A stretch of 64,000 bases of DNA from Burkholderiales bacterium (GCA_038205245.1 JBBRCD010000002.1:113-64112), one strand, 5' to 3'; shown: positions 29,501 to 38,000, counted from the stretch's first letter. Program-made: numbers and translations. Notes: generated by a model from the sequence alone, not told the origin.

Positions 29501-31842
29501 GCATTGCTGCGGTCGATCTGCAGCGTGCCGCTGTTGTTCACCACGCCGGCGCCCAGCGTGCCGGTGGCGCCGCCGCCGCCGATGTTGAGCGTGCCCGCGC
29601 TGATCGTCGTCGCGCCGAGATAGCTGTTGTTGCCAGTCAACGTGGTCGTGCCACCGCCAGACTGGATCAGGCTGCCGCTGCCGCTGATCGCGTTGCCCAC
29701 GGTCAGTGCATTGCTGCGGTCGATCTGCAGCGTCGCATTGTTGGTCACCGCGCCACTGCCCAGCGTACCGGCCGTGCTGCCGGCACCGACGCGCAGCGTC
29801 CCGCCGTTGATGGTCGTGGTGCCGATATAGCTATTGGCCTGATCGAGCGTCAACGTGCCAGTCCCGCCAGCAACCAGGTTGAGGTTTCCGGTCAGTGCCG
29901 CGGTCTGTGAGCCGGCGCCGGAATGCGCCAGGGTGATCGTCCCGCCTGCCCCGACATTGATCGCGCCCACGGCCAGCGTCGTGGCGCCGGTGACGGCAAC
30001 CGCTGCCGCGCCGGGGTTGGTGGTCGACAGCGTCCTGAGCACAACCGCGCCGCCCCCACCGTCGACCGCCAGCGTGCCACTGCCGGCGTCGATCGACTGG
30101 CCGACAGCCTGGCTGACCCCGGCAGTGCCGGCGGTGATCGACACCCCGGCGCCGATCACGTTCTGGTTGAGTTCGACCTTGCCGCCCGCGCCAGCAGTCA
30201 TCGCAATCGAACCGCCGAAACTCAGCGCGCCACCGACCGTGATGTCGTTGCCCGAATTCAGCACAAGCCCGCCGGTGCCGGTGTTGGTGATCGCGGCATT
30301 GATCGCGATGCTGCCACCGCCCGGTGCCGAATCCAGCGTCAGCGAGTTCGCGGTGTTGTAGGCAGACGCCGGCGTCGCCGCAACGGTGATGCTGCCCGTG
30401 CCCGGTCCGGTAGCGCTGGACGTCTGCACCACCACGTTGCTGCCCACCAGCGCCGCAAGGATCGTGGCCCATTGCAACGTGCCGCCGGTGCCCGCCGGAT
30501 CCGGCAGGAACGGATCCAACGCCGGCCCCGTACCCAGCACATCAGCGGTAGTCGCATTGCTGATGGTGATATCGAGTGGATCGAGCAGCAATCGACCGGT
30601 CAGGCCGAACGGCGCACTCAGATCGGCTGTGCCGCGGAAGTCGAGAAACCTGCGCCCGGAAACTTCGGCGAATCCGCCGCGCCCGCCTTGCGCGCCGCCG
30701 CGTGCGGTCACATGACCAAGGAATCGTGTCGACTGGTCCGACCAGACGATCACCGTACCGCCATCACCGTCGCGGCGGGCGCTGGCATCGATGATCACAT
30801 CGGGCGCGACATAGGTCGCCTGGGCATTCTGCTCCGGACCCAGGCCCTGAAAGTTGCCACCGACCAGGACCGTGCCGCCGCCGGCGCTGCCGCTGGCATC
30901 GATCCGCGCCGCACCGGTGAGTCCGACCCGCTCGCCCAGGATGCGGATCTCGCCACCGCGCAAGCCTGCAGTGGCGCCGAGGGCCTCGACCGTGCCGGAC
31001 ACATTCACCGTTCCCCGCTCGCCACCGGAGATGAACACCTCGCCGTTGCGCTCGACCACCGAGTTGGCCCGTACCACCCCGGACAGGTTGATCACGCTGG
31101 CGGTTGCCTCGCCCAGGGCCCGGGCGCTCAGCACCACCCGCCCACCCTCGGCGGTAATCGCGCCGGCGTTGTCGATCGAGGCGCGCAGCGCTGCGGCATC
31201 GACGTTCAGTCGCAACAGGCCGTCGCCGCGAAGATCGACGCTGACCCGATCGCCAGCGCCCAGCGCCACCGTACCGCCATTGGCCTGGATCGTTCCACGG
31301 TTGATTATCGAGGGTCCGATCAGCGCCACATAGCCGCCGTCGGCCGCGCGCAGACGGCCGTCGTTGATGATCGCGCCGCCAGCGCCTGCAACTGCAAACG
31401 TGTAGCGCCCGGCCATGAAGTCGGCATTGCCGAGCAACAGCGTCGAACCGACGAAGCCGCCGACATCGATCTGCGCATCGCGCCCGAACAGCACGCCGTT
31501 CGGATTGATCAGGAAGACCTGCCCGTTCGCCGACAGCCGGCCGAAGATCTCGGATGCACCGCTTCCGATCACCCGGTTCAGCACTACTGAACTCGCACTT
31601 GGCTGCACGAAGTTCACCGCATTGCCGGCCGCAATGCCGAAGCTCTGCCAGTCGATCGCAGCGCGCGGCGTCGACTGCTGGATGGTCAGCGTGTTGGGTG
31701 CAGAAGCGGAGATCGTGGCAGCGCCAGCGGTGACCTGCCCGCCGGTCGGCAAGCCGGCAGCCAGCACCGGCGTGCTGCCCAGCGCCGACAGGGCCAGCAA
31801 CACCGCTGCGTGCAGTGCAGACCTCCGTCTGAGTTGCCGCAT
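23584..31842 (-). CDS. Two-partner-secretion exoprotein (TpsA; filamentous-haemagglutinin-family N-terminal domain plus PATR-like beta-strand repeats)
   Basis: ORF 23584..31914 (TTG) trimmed to ATG 31842 (GGGGAAACGGGA upstream). Signal peptide MRQLRRRSALHAAVLLALSALGSTPVLAAG. TPS domain ...NFVQPSASSVVLNRVIGSGASEIFGRLSANGQVFLINPNGVLFG..., then GGFAEVSG. This is followed by about two dozen units of G.G.LTQAGSGTTTLTG.N.Y.G.TTI.AGTLQVG.GGT.G.LG.G.V.NN..L..NRSDA.T....I.G. Confidence 0.9.
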   Translation of the reverse strand: MRQLRRRSALHAAVLLALSALGSTPVLAAGLPTGGQVTAGAATISASAPNTLTIQQSTPRAAIDWQSFGIAAGNAVNFVQPSASSVVLNRVIGSGASEIFGRLSANGQVFLINPNGVLFGRDAQIDVGGFVGSTLLLGNADFMAGRYTFAVAGAGGAIINDGRLRAADGGYVALIGPSIINRGTIQANGGTVALGAGDRVSVDLRGDGLLRLNVDAAALRASIDNAGAITAEGGRVVLSARALGEATASVINLSGVVRANSVVERNGEVFISGGERGTVNVSGTVEALGATAGLRGGEIRILGERVGLTGAARIDASGSAGGGTVLVGGNFQGLGPEQNAQATYVAPDVIIDASARRDGDGGTVIVWSDQSTRFLGHVTARGGAQGGRGGFAEVSGRRFLDFRGTADLSAPFGLTGRLLLDPLDITISNATTADVLGTGPALDPFLPDPAGTGGTLQWATILAALVGSNVVVQTSSATGPGTGSITVAATPASAYNTANSLTLDSAPGGGSIAINAAITNTGTGGLVLNSGNDITVGGALSFGGSIAMTAGAGGKVELNQNVIGAGVSITAGTAGVSQAVGQSIDAGSGTLAVDGGGGAVVLRTLSTTNPGAAAVAVTGATTLAVGAINVGAGGTITLAHSGAGSQTAALTGNLNLVAGGTGTLTLDQANSYIGTTTINGGTLRVGAGSTAGTLGSGAVTNNATLQIDRSNALTVGNAISGSGSLIQSGGGTTTLTGNNSYLGATTISAGTLNIGGGGATGTLGAGVVNNSGTLQIDRSNAVTVANAIGGTGALRQSGAGTATLTGSNSYSGDTTIDPGRTLQIGSGGTAGSLGAVAGDVLNSGTLVVNRSDTLIIGNRIIGIGGLDQIGTGTTVLTGANLHLGATTIDAGTLQVGNGGTSGLLGGGSVTVDAPGTLAFNRSNAITVANAISGTGGIAQSGSSTVTLTAANIYFGPTTVNSGTLTVSGAGRFGIGTGAATVVTGATLDIGSGFHTFGGLSGGGAVQLNNGTLNVGGTGGTFDGQLVGSPLSTFNRTGSGTLALTANSAFFGSTTVAAGSALSLGAGGTTGSLGGIGSISVTGTLIVNRSNAITIAQPITGAGALTQAGSGTTTLTATNSYIGPTTINDGTLQVGNGGTIGTLGIGPVTNNGTLAINRSDSVTLFNAVSGSGSLTQAGAGTTTLIGNNSYGDTVINAGALQVGNGGTIGTLGTGTVTNNAALVVNRSDALTLGNTITGGGSVRQTGSGTTTLTGNNDYAGATVILAGSLRVGSGGASGSVGTGPVTNNTSLVIDRSDAVTVSGAINGLGSLTQAGTGTTTLTGSNGYLGTTTISAGTLQLGDGGTTGTLGSGTVFNNATLAINRSNTLTIGNAIFGSGALTQAGSGTTVLTGGNFYGGTTSIDAGTLQVGNGGITGTLGSGAVVSNGTLAFNRSNAITVANLISGSGGIAQSGGSALTLTAANTYSGSTTVNSGTLTVAGAGRFGDGTGAASIASGATLDIGSGTQTIGGLGGAGTVQLNAGTLNVGGSGGTFAGQIVGATTSTFNRTGTGTLALTGNSTYAGSTTVATGSALSLGAGGATGSLGSGAIAVSGTLIVDRSNAVTIAQGIGGSGGLTQAGIGITTLTGANSYTGTTTISAGTLQVGNGVTIGTLGNGGGVINNATLAINRSNALTVNNPISGTGVLNQVGSGTTTLTGNSTFSGTTTIAAGTLQIGAGGTSGSLGGGAVTNNSALVVNRSDAVTVAGDIGGTGSLTQSGSGTTILTGSNNYTGPTTISAGTLQLGAGGTTGSLGSGSVTNNAALVVNRSNALSITNTISGTGSLTQAGSGTTTLTVNNSYGTTTISAGVLRVGSGGTTGSLGAGAVLDNGELVIDRSDAVTLTNTITGSGSLTQAGSGTTTLTANNDYGGGTTISAGTLRVGSGGTTGALGGGAITNNGSLIVDRSNAVTLAGDISGTGSLTQSGAGTTSLAGNNNYSGTTTIAAGTLQVGTGGTSGTLGTGALTNNGTLAINRSDAVTLSAALGGSGGITQAGSGVTTLTGANNYAGATTVTAGTLRVGDGGTSGTLGAAGVSVASGATIAFDRSDAVVVANAISGDGGLAQAGTGTTALTGNNSYRGPTVISAGTLQVGNGGAAGTLGTGTVANSGTLAINRNDALTLNNPISGSGGLIQAGAGTTTLTGNNAYTGPTTITSGTLQVGNGGTAGSLGSGTVLNNAALVVNRSDAVTLTGAISGGGSLTQSGTGTTTLTGNNSYTGGTVIAAGGLQAGDGGASGSLGSGAVTNNGSLTINRGDAVTLANSISGTGTLVQAGSGTTTLTGTNTHAGTTTISAGTLQVGDGGAAGTLGAGAVVNNATLAINRGDTVTVGNAISGSGALVQSGSGTTLLTGNNSYSGTTRINAGTLRVGGGGTSGTLGTGTVINNSALVLDRSDIVSVSAALTGPGSVTLNTTGDVALTNPGNVLPGVISLPSAGSVTIANSVATTLSNLQATSLNLQSAGAVSQTAGSAVRVSGNTTISSASTITLRNDGNDFANPGSSGAASFIGTRFDIHDSVGGIAMGTLNAPLGLVTATFAGGGVGISQAPGTVWTVPDLRLLLISPARSAVDLSALPNRSPAIESVLASGSIGTSTQRLAIGGSASTVTLGFGAVVSPTGTAFFQPSTTTRVNCLNEYCVGNTVSLGVSLAESQAQLGASIVYVALGNSQREQIDLTSGTGVLRRQLLRDSQDLGPLGREFSIFDLGVLLPDEFKRKPKP

Positions 31843-31867
31843 TCCCGTTTCCCCTGGTGCCGATGAA

Positions 31868-31915
31868 CCCACAAACCAACGAACCAACAAGCCAACGAGC
31901 CAACAAACCAACAAC
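31868..31915. repeat. Octamer tandem repeat x6 (cccacaaa ccaacgaa ccaacaag ccaacgag ccaacaaa ccaacaac) in the tpsB-tpsA spacer
   Basis: CCAAC recurs at 31876, 31884, 31892, 31900 and 31908, an exact 8-nt period. Lies 26-73 nt upstream of the tpsA ATG. On the mRNA strand it reads (NNNGUUGG)n. Confidence 0.85.
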
Positions 31916-31972
31916 TGACTCGTCCCGGCTATCGGCGCGGGTTCAACGCGCCCGCACCCGTTGGAAACAACC

Positions 31973-33832
31973 CTACATCAAATCCTTGATCAGTTGCACC
32001 CAAACTCTTGGCGATCCGCGCGATTCTCCAGCCACCACGCTGTCACCGCCGGTACGCCAGGCCAGATCGACCCGCATCAGGTGCGAGCCCGGTCGGGACA
32101 CCCGCAATCCGAGACCCGCGCCCTGCAGTTTGTTGCTGGACGGCACCGGCACCGACTGGCCGCGCGAGCAGGACGCCGCATCATGACAGACGCTGCCTTC
32201 GGCATAGTCGTAGAACAGCGCAAGCGTCGACACCCCCAACCGGTCTGGCCGCAACTGGGCGACCTGCGGCGCGTAGCGCAATTCGCCCTGGAACAACGTG
32301 CCTTCGTCGACGATCAGCTGACCGGTGGGGAAAGCGCGCACGCCGGCCGGACCACCCAGACTGAGGCGCTCGGCCGAGGTGAGATTCTTGCTGGCGATCT
32401 GACCGAGCACCAGCATGGACAGCGACACCGGCCCGCCCCATTCGGCAATCGACTGGACGGTCTGCAGGTCATAGTTGACCTTGGTGAAGCTGCCGTTGGT
32501 GCCCGGTCCGAAGCGGTCGTTGGCCAGTTCAGCCGGGCTGCGGATGTCGACATCTCCCAGCGTCAGCAGCGCCGAACCGAGGGAGATCGACCCATTCTGC
32601 TGGCGGAAGTCGCCGAACACCCCGACCTTGCCCGACCTCACCCGCTTGTCGTTCAGCGTCGGCGGCTGCGTCGCGTCCACCGTGTCGGTAAGCAATTTGT
32701 AGTCGCCAACGATCTGGCCAAACAGATTGGCGTTGCGCGACCGGATGACCGGGTGGGTTGCGAACACCGAATAGCTGTCCGCCTGCCCCTTGGCCTGCAG
32801 ACTGGCGAACGAGCCGCCGAGTTCGTAGTTGACCCGGGTGTAGCCAGCGCCGATCCTGGTTCCGTACGGTCCGACCGGCAGAATGTAGCTCAACCGGCCG
32901 AGTTCGGTCAGCCGGTCTTCCTGCACCAGGAGGCGCAGGCCGAGCTGATCGCCCACGCCCAGCGGGTTGTTGAAGCGCAGGTTGACCCCGGCGCGCAGTC
33001 CGCCCGTGGCTTCACTGCCGCCGTTGTCCAGATCGACCGCAGCGCGCAGCCGCAGCGGCGCATCTTCGACCCGCACCACCAGATCACCCTCGCCAAGGTT
33101 ACGTCCCGGTCTGAGTTCCGAGTTGACTGCGGTCACACCGTTCAGGTCCTGAATCAACAGCAGGCGCCGCTCGAGGTCGTCTTCCCGGATCGGCACGCCC
33201 GCCTGCAGCGTGCCGAGAATGCGGTCGACGACCACCGGTTTCACCTGCGACAGCCCGGCCGTCTCGACTCTGACCCGGCCCAGCCGCCCCTCGACGATGG
33301 CGATCTCGACCACACCGTCGCGCACCTGCTGCTCCGGCAGATAGGCCACGACCGCCACATAGCCCGCCTTGCGATAGACCTCTTCGACCGCGCTCAACAG
33401 ATCGCGCAGGTTGGAGGCGTCCAGCGGCTTGCCAACGAAACCACGCACGGCTGCACCCAGCACATCGGCGCTCTGGCGCGAGTTTCCAGTAAAGCGGAAT
33501 CTGCCCGGCGCCACGCCGGAGACGCCTGACGACGGACGATCCGGCAGAGTCACCGTGGGTGCCGGCGGCGCCACACGCAGGGGTACGCCACGTGGCTCGC
33601 GGGTCTGCTCGAGCAGGGTTCCGGCGTCTGGTCTGGACGCTGGTAACTGCTGCGCATTAGCCGATGAAAACAAGGGCACAGGGAGCAACACTAATACTGC
33701 CATTGCTGCCAGACGAGCTGGCAGACTGGCCGGCAGATGAGCCCGGCAAATGGCCCGTCCGAGCAACCCCGGCACCCCCATGCCGATTGGCGCTCCGGCT
33801 ACCTCGATTTCGCTTTTCCCTATATTTTTCAT
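31973..33832 (-). CDS. Two-partner-secretion outer-membrane transporter (TpsB; ShlB/FhaC/HecB family)
   Basis: 619 aa. Signal-like MAVLVLLPVPLFSSANAQ. POTRA-type FRFTGNS...LSAVEEVYRKAGYVAVVAYLPEQQVRDGVVEIAIVEGRLGRVRVE. C-terminal beta-barrel rich in alternating aromatic residues. The start may instead be ATG 33781 (GGAG upstream). Confidence 0.9.
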   Translation of the reverse strand: MKNIGKSEIEVAGAPIGMGVPGLLGRAICRAHLPASLPARLAAMAVLVLLPVPLFSSANAQQLPASRPDAGTLLEQTREPRGVPLRVAPPAPTVTLPDRPSSGVSGVAPGRFRFTGNSRQSADVLGAAVRGFVGKPLDASNLRDLLSAVEEVYRKAGYVAVVAYLPEQQVRDGVVEIAIVEGRLGRVRVETAGLSQVKPVVVDRILGTLQAGVPIREDDLERRLLLIQDLNGVTAVNSELRPGRNLGEGDLVVRVEDAPLRLRAAVDLDNGGSEATGGLRAGVNLRFNNPLGVGDQLGLRLLVQEDRLTELGRLSYILPVGPYGTRIGAGYTRVNYELGGSFASLQAKGQADSYSVFATHPVIRSRNANLFGQIVGDYKLLTDTVDATQPPTLNDKRVRSGKVGVFGDFRQQNGSISLGSALLTLGDVDIRSPAELANDRFGPGTNGSFTKVNYDLQTVQSIAEWGGPVSLSMLVLGQIASKNLTSAERLSLGGPAGVRAFPTGQLIVDEGTLFQGELRYAPQVAQLRPDRLGVSTLALFYDYAEGSVCHDAASCSRGQSVPVPSSNKLQGAGLGLRVSRPGSHLMRVDLAWRTGGDSVVAGESRGSPRVWVQLIKDLM

Positions 33833-34008
33833 GCAGTCAGCGCCAACAGTTCACTCGGCTTCTAAAGCATAAGCCAAGTTTTACCTGAACGCTACTGGCA
33901 CCAGGCCGGGTCGAGGCGCCCGACGGTGCTGGAGCCGCGGTTTCCGTTGCGTTTACAACAAAAGTGACATCAACTCGAGCGGCAGCATCAAAACCGGACA
34001 GCATACCG

Positions 34009-36399
34009 TCAGGCAGGCGTCGGTTTCGCCGCCGCCTTCGCCAGATACAACCAGGTATCGACCACCGTGTCCGGGTTGAGCGACAGGCTGCCGATGCCCT
34101 GCTCCATCAGCCAGAGCGCAAGGTCCGGGTGGTCGGACGGCCCCTGTCCGCAGATGCCGACATACTTGCCTTGCCTGCGGCAAGCCTGGATCGCCATCGC
34201 CAACATCTTCTTCACCGCCGGATCGCGTTCATCGAAGGACGCGGCGATCGAGCCGCCGGAATCCCGATCGATCGCCAGCGTGAGTTGGGTCATGTCGTTG
34301 GAGCCGATCGAGAATCCGTCGAAATACTCCAGGAACTCGTCGGCCAGCAGCGCGTTGGAGGGCACCTCGCACATCATGATCAGGCGCAGGCCGTCCCGAC
34401 CACGCTCCAGGCCGTTCGCCGCCAGCAGTTCGATCACCTTGCGGCACTCGCCCAGCGTGCGGATGAACGGCACCATGATCTCGATGTTGGTCAGGCCCAT
34501 CTCGTTGCGCACCTTGCGCATCGCCTCGCACTCGAGCTCGAAGCAGTCGCTGAAGGCGGGTGCCACATAGCGCGAAGCGCCGCGGAAACCCAGCATCGGG
34601 TTTTCTTCATGCGGCTCGTAGTTCGGCCCGCCGATCAGTCCGGAATACTCGTTCGACTTGAAGTCGGACAGCCGGACGATCACCGGTTTCGGAAAGAACG
34701 CCGCGCCGAGCGTGGCCACACCCTCGACCATCTTCTCGACATAGAACTCGCGCGGACTCGGATAGCCGGCGCAACGCTCCTCGACCGCACGCTTCAAATC
34801 GTTCGGCAGGTTCGGGTAGTCCAGACAGGCCTTGGGATGAATGCCGATCATCCGGGCCACGATGAACTCCAGCCGCGCCAACCCCACCCCGTCGTTGGGC
34901 AGGCGCTGGAACTCGAAGGCGAGATCCGGGTTGCCGACGTTCATGGTGATCTTTACCGGGGCCACCGGCATCTCGTCCAGCGGCACGTCGTTGATCGAGG
35001 TCTCCAGGATGCCTTTGTACACGTTGCCGGTATCGCCCTCGGCACAGGACACCGTCACCAGGTCGCCCTCGTGCAGTATCGAGGTGGCATCGCCGCAGCC
35101 AACCACGGCGGGGATGCCCAGTTCGCGCGCAATGATCGCCGCATGGCAGGTGCGTCCGCCCCGGTTGGTGACAATCGCTGCGGCACGCTTCATCACCGGC
35201 TCCCAGTCCGGATCGGTCATGTCGGTCACCAGGACGTCGCCCGGCTTCACCTTGTCCATCTCTCTGGCTGAAGCGATCAGGCGCACCGGGCCGCTGCCCA
35301 CCTTCTGGCCGATCGCCCGCCCGGAAGTCAGCAACTCGGACTTCTGCTTGAGCCGGTAGCGCCGCAGGGTGCCGACCTCGGCATTGGCCTTCACCGTCTC
35401 GGGGCGCGCCTGCAGGATGTACAACAGGCCGTCCTCGCCATCGCGGGCCCATTCGATGTCCATCGCGCGCCCGTAGTGGGCTTCGATCTTCATCGCGTCG
35501 CGGGCCAGCTGCTCGACCTCGGCGTCGGTGATCGAGAAACGACGGCGGTCCGCATCCGGGACATCCACCGTCTGCACCGACTTGCCGGCAGCGCGGCTGT
35601 CGGTGAATACCATCTTGATCGCCTTGCCCCCGAGCGAGCGGCGCACGATCGATTTGCGTCCAGCCGCGAGCGCCGGCTTGTAGACATAGAACTCGTCCGG
35701 GTTGACCGCCCCCTGCACCACCGCCTCGCCCAGTCCGTATGACGACGTGATGAACACGACCTTGTCGAACCCGGACTCGGTGTCAAGGGTGAACATCACG
35801 CCGGCCGCACCAGTGCCGGAACGCACCATGCGCTGGATGCCGGCCGACAGCGCGACTTCGGCATGCTCATAGCCCTTGTGTACCCGATAGGCGATCGCCC
35901 GATCGTTGTACAGAGACGCGAACACATGGCGCATCGCGTCGATCACGTTGTCCGCGCCGTGGATGTTGAGGAACGTTTCCTGCTGGCCGGCGAACGACGC
36001 GTCCGGCAGGTCCTCGGCAGTCGCCGAGGATCGCACCGCCACCGACACCTGCGGCCCGGCCAGCGCAATCATCTTTTCGTAGGCCTCGACCACGGCGCAA
36101 TGCAGGGCCGCGGGCAACGGCGTCGCGGTGATCCAGCCCCGGATCTGGGCACCCGCGGCCGCGAGCGCATTGGTATCGTCGACGTCCAGCCCCTTCATCC
36201 GCTCGACGATCCGGCCGGCCAGCCCGTCATGGGCCAGAAACTCGCGGAAGGCATCGGCGGTGGTGGCGAAACCTTCCGGCACCCGCACCCCCAGGTGCGC
36301 AAGCCCGCTGATCATCTCGCCAAGCGAGGCGTTCTTTCCACCCACTTGCGCCACATCCGACATGCGAAGCTTTGCGAAATCCACCACATACCTGTCCAT
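34009..36399 (-). CDS. ppsA: Phosphoenolpyruvate synthase
   Basis: 796 aa. [11 protein letters not shown]...[21 protein letters not shown] (phospho-His domain)...FFSIGSNDLTQ-type [12 protein letters not shown]. Confidence 0.97.
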   Translation of the reverse strand: MDRYVVDFAKLRMSDVAQVGGKNASLGEMISGLAHLGVRVPEGFATTADAFREFLAHDGLAGRIVERMKGLDVDDTNALAAAGAQIRGWITATPLPAALHCAVVEAYEKMIALAGPQVSVAVRSSATAEDLPDASFAGQQETFLNIHGADNVIDAMRHVFASLYNDRAIAYRVHKGYEHAEVALSAGIQRMVRSGTGAAGVMFTLDTESGFDKVVFITSSYGLGEAVVQGAVNPDEFYVYKPALAAGRKSIVRRSLGGKAIKMVFTDSRAAGKSVQTVDVPDADRRRFSITDAEVEQLARDAMKIEAHYGRAMDIEWARDGEDGLLYILQARPETVKANAEVGTLRRYRLKQKSELLTSGRAIGQKVGSGPVRLIASAREMDKVKPGDVLVTDMTDPDWEPVMKRAAAIVTNRGGRTCHAAIIARELGIPAVVGCGDATSILHEGDLVTVSCAEGDTGNVYKGILETSINDVPLDEMPVAPVKITMNVGNPDLAFEFQRLPNDGVGLARLEFIVARMIGIHPKACLDYPNLPNDLKRAVEERCAGYPSPREFYVEKMVEGVATLGAAFFPKPVIVRLSDFKSNEYSGLIGGPNYEPHEENPMLGFRGASRYVAPAFSDCFELECEAMRKVRNEMGLTNIEIMVPFIRTLGECRKVIELLAANGLERGRDGLRLIMMCEVPSNALLADEFLEYFDGFSIGSNDMTQLTLAIDRDSGGSIAASFDERDPAVKKMLAMAIQACRRQGKYVGICGQGPSDHPDLALWLMEQGIGSLSLNPDTVVDTWLYLAKAAAKPTPA

Positions 36400-36482
36400 G
36401 CCTGCTCCTCGTCTGCCGACCGACGATTGTGCCGGCGCGCTCTACCAAGTATGGTAGCCGAACAGACACTTCCGCCCCTTCG

Positions 36483-37313
36483 ATGAATTCACACCGAACC
36501 GCGTTTTTCGTCTCTGACAGCACCGGCATCACCGTCGAGGCGCTCGGCCACAGCCTGCTCACCCAGTTCGAGAGCGTCCGCTTCTCCGAGGTGACCGTTC
36601 CGTTCATCGACACGCCGCAGAAGGCGCGCGAACTGGCCCGCCAGATCAACGAAACCGGCGCCCGGGACGGCACCCGGCCGATCGTGTTCAGCACCCTGGT
36701 GCAGGACGCGCTCGCGATCGCCCTGCGCGCGTCCACCGACGCCATGGTGATCAACTGCTTCGAAACCTTCATCCAGCCGCTGGAGGCCGAACTCGGAGTG
36801 AAGTCGACGCACCGCATCGGTGGTACCCACAGCGTCGAGGATTCGGTCAGCTACAGCCGGCGAATAGAGGCAGTCAACTACTCGCTGATGCATGACGACG
36901 GCAGCTCGACCCGCGACTTCAACGACGCCGACATCATCCTGATCGGCGTGTCCCGCTCGGGCAAGACGCCGACCTGCCTCTACCTCGCGCTGCAGTATGG
37001 CTTGCGCGCGGCGAACTACCCCCTGATACCGGAAGATTTCGAACGCGGCGGCGGCCTGCCGGCCAGCCTGCAGGGGTTTCGCAGCAAGCTCTATGGTTTG
37101 ACCATCACGCCGCAGCGGCTGCACCGCATCCGCACCGAACGCAAACCCGACAGCCAGTATGCGTCTCTGGCGAACTGCACCTATGAGGTGCACGAGGCTG
37201 AAGTTCTGATGCGCACGGCCGCTATCAGGTTCCTGGACGCCACCGCCAAGTCGATCGAGGAACTCGCCTCGACCATCCTGCATGATGCCGGCCTGACCCG
37301 GCATGTCTTCTGA
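36483..37313 (+). CDS. ppsR: PEP synthase regulatory protein (bifunctional kinase/pyrophosphorylase, DUF299)
   Basis: ORF trimmed to ATG 36483. RTAFFVSDSTGITVEALGHSLLTQF...ILIGVSRSGKTPTCLYLA. Divergent from ppsA, as in other proteobacteria. Confidence 0.9.
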   Translation: MNSHRTAFFVSDSTGITVEALGHSLLTQFESVRFSEVTVPFIDTPQKARELARQINETGARDGTRPIVFSTLVQDALAIALRASTDAMVINCFETFIQPLEAELGVKSTHRIGGTHSVEDSVSYSRRIEAVNYSLMHDDGSSTRDFNDADIILIGVSRSGKTPTCLYLALQYGLRAANYPLIPEDFERGGGLPASLQGFRSKLYGLTITPQRLHRIRTERKPDSQYASLANCTYEVHEAEVLMRTAAIRFLDATAKSIEELASTILHDAGLTRHVF

Positions 37314-37327
37314 ACGGTCTCCCCGCA

Positions 37328-37951
37328 ATGTCGCTTGAACTGCTGGAAACCATCTCACTCGCCGCCGGGCTGGCCTGGGCCAGCGGCATCCGGCTGTACG
37401 CCGTGCTTTTCTTCGCCGGCATGCTCGGGCGGTTCGGCTACATCGATCTGCCGATCGACCTCGAGCTCCTGTCCAACCCGCTGGTGATCGTGGTCAGCGC
37501 AACGTTGTTCATGCTCGAGTTCGCCGCCGACAAGTTGCCCGGCCTGGATTCGCTCTGGGACGCGGTGCACACCTTTATTCGCATCCCGGCCGGGGCGTTG
37601 CTGGCCGCTGCTGCGATCGGTCATCACGACCCGGCGATCGCGGTCACGGCCGCTCTGCTCGGCGGTACCCTGGCCTCGGGCGCACACCTGACCAAGGCGG
37701 CCAGCCGCGCACTGATCAACAGCTCGCCCGAGCCGTTCAGCAATGTTGCAGCGTCGTCCACCGAGGATGCGCTGGTGATCGGCGGCCTGTGGGCCGCCCT
37801 GTTCCACCCCCTGGTGTTCCTCTCGTTCCTCACGGTGTTCATCATCGCTGCGCTGTGGCTGCTGCCCAAGCTGTGGCGGGGACTGCGGCGGCTGGTTCTG
37901 CGGGTGTCCCCGCTGCTCGGTACCGCCCGCTCGTCGCCGCGCGCACCCTGA
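37328..37951 (+). CDS. DUF4126-family membrane protein
   Basis: 207 aa polytopic protein. LAAGLAWASGIRLYAVLF...MLEFAADKLPGLDSLWDAVHTFIRIPAGALLAA matches the remembered DUF4126 pattern. Confidence 0.7.
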   Translation: MSLELLETISLAAGLAWASGIRLYAVLFFAGMLGRFGYIDLPIDLELLSNPLVIVVSATLFMLEFAADKLPGLDSLWDAVHTFIRIPAGALLAAAAIGHHDPAIAVTAALLGGTLASGAHLTKAASRALINSSPEPFSNVAASSTEDALVIGGLWAALFHPLVFLSFLTVFIIAALWLLPKLWRGLRRLVLRVSPLLGTARSSPRAP

Positions 37952-38000
37952 GGCCAGCGCCCGGCCGCAGCGCCTGTGCCGTGACCTCACGTGAGTTGAC

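Noticed and set aside
23689-31590. Many plus-strand ORFs inside tpsA, including 26500..28872 (790 aa), 29923..31590 (555 aa) and a ladder of 66-70-aa ORFs beginning MLPVSVVVP
   Set aside because: They are mirror images of the 204-210-nt tpsA repeat on the opposite strand. Their Pro/Val/Ala-rich or Arg/Gly-rich composition and their periodicity are inherited from the sense gene. Nothing supports independent coding.
23584-31842. TpsA as a CdiA-type contact-dependent inhibition toxin
   Set aside because: I found no VENN or comparable pre-toxin motif. The C-terminus has no recognisable nuclease or pore-former signature. There is no downstream immunity ORF, because the kinase gene abuts the stop codon.
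31843-31914. TTG start at 31914 for tpsA, adding MLVCWLVGLLVRWFVGSSAPGETG
   Set aside because: The extra residues are just the translation of the octamer repeat. ATG 31842 has a purine-rich RBS and starts a proper signal peptide.
20097-33832. The region as a degenerate or partial T6SS cluster
   Set aside because: Apart from the TagH-like and PpkA-like genes, no ORF in the window resembles TssA-M, Hcp, VgrG, PAAR or ClpV. The large neighbouring gene is clearly a TPS exoprotein.
33964-35271. 435-aa plus-strand ORF
   Set aside because: It is antisense to ppsA and has no motifs.
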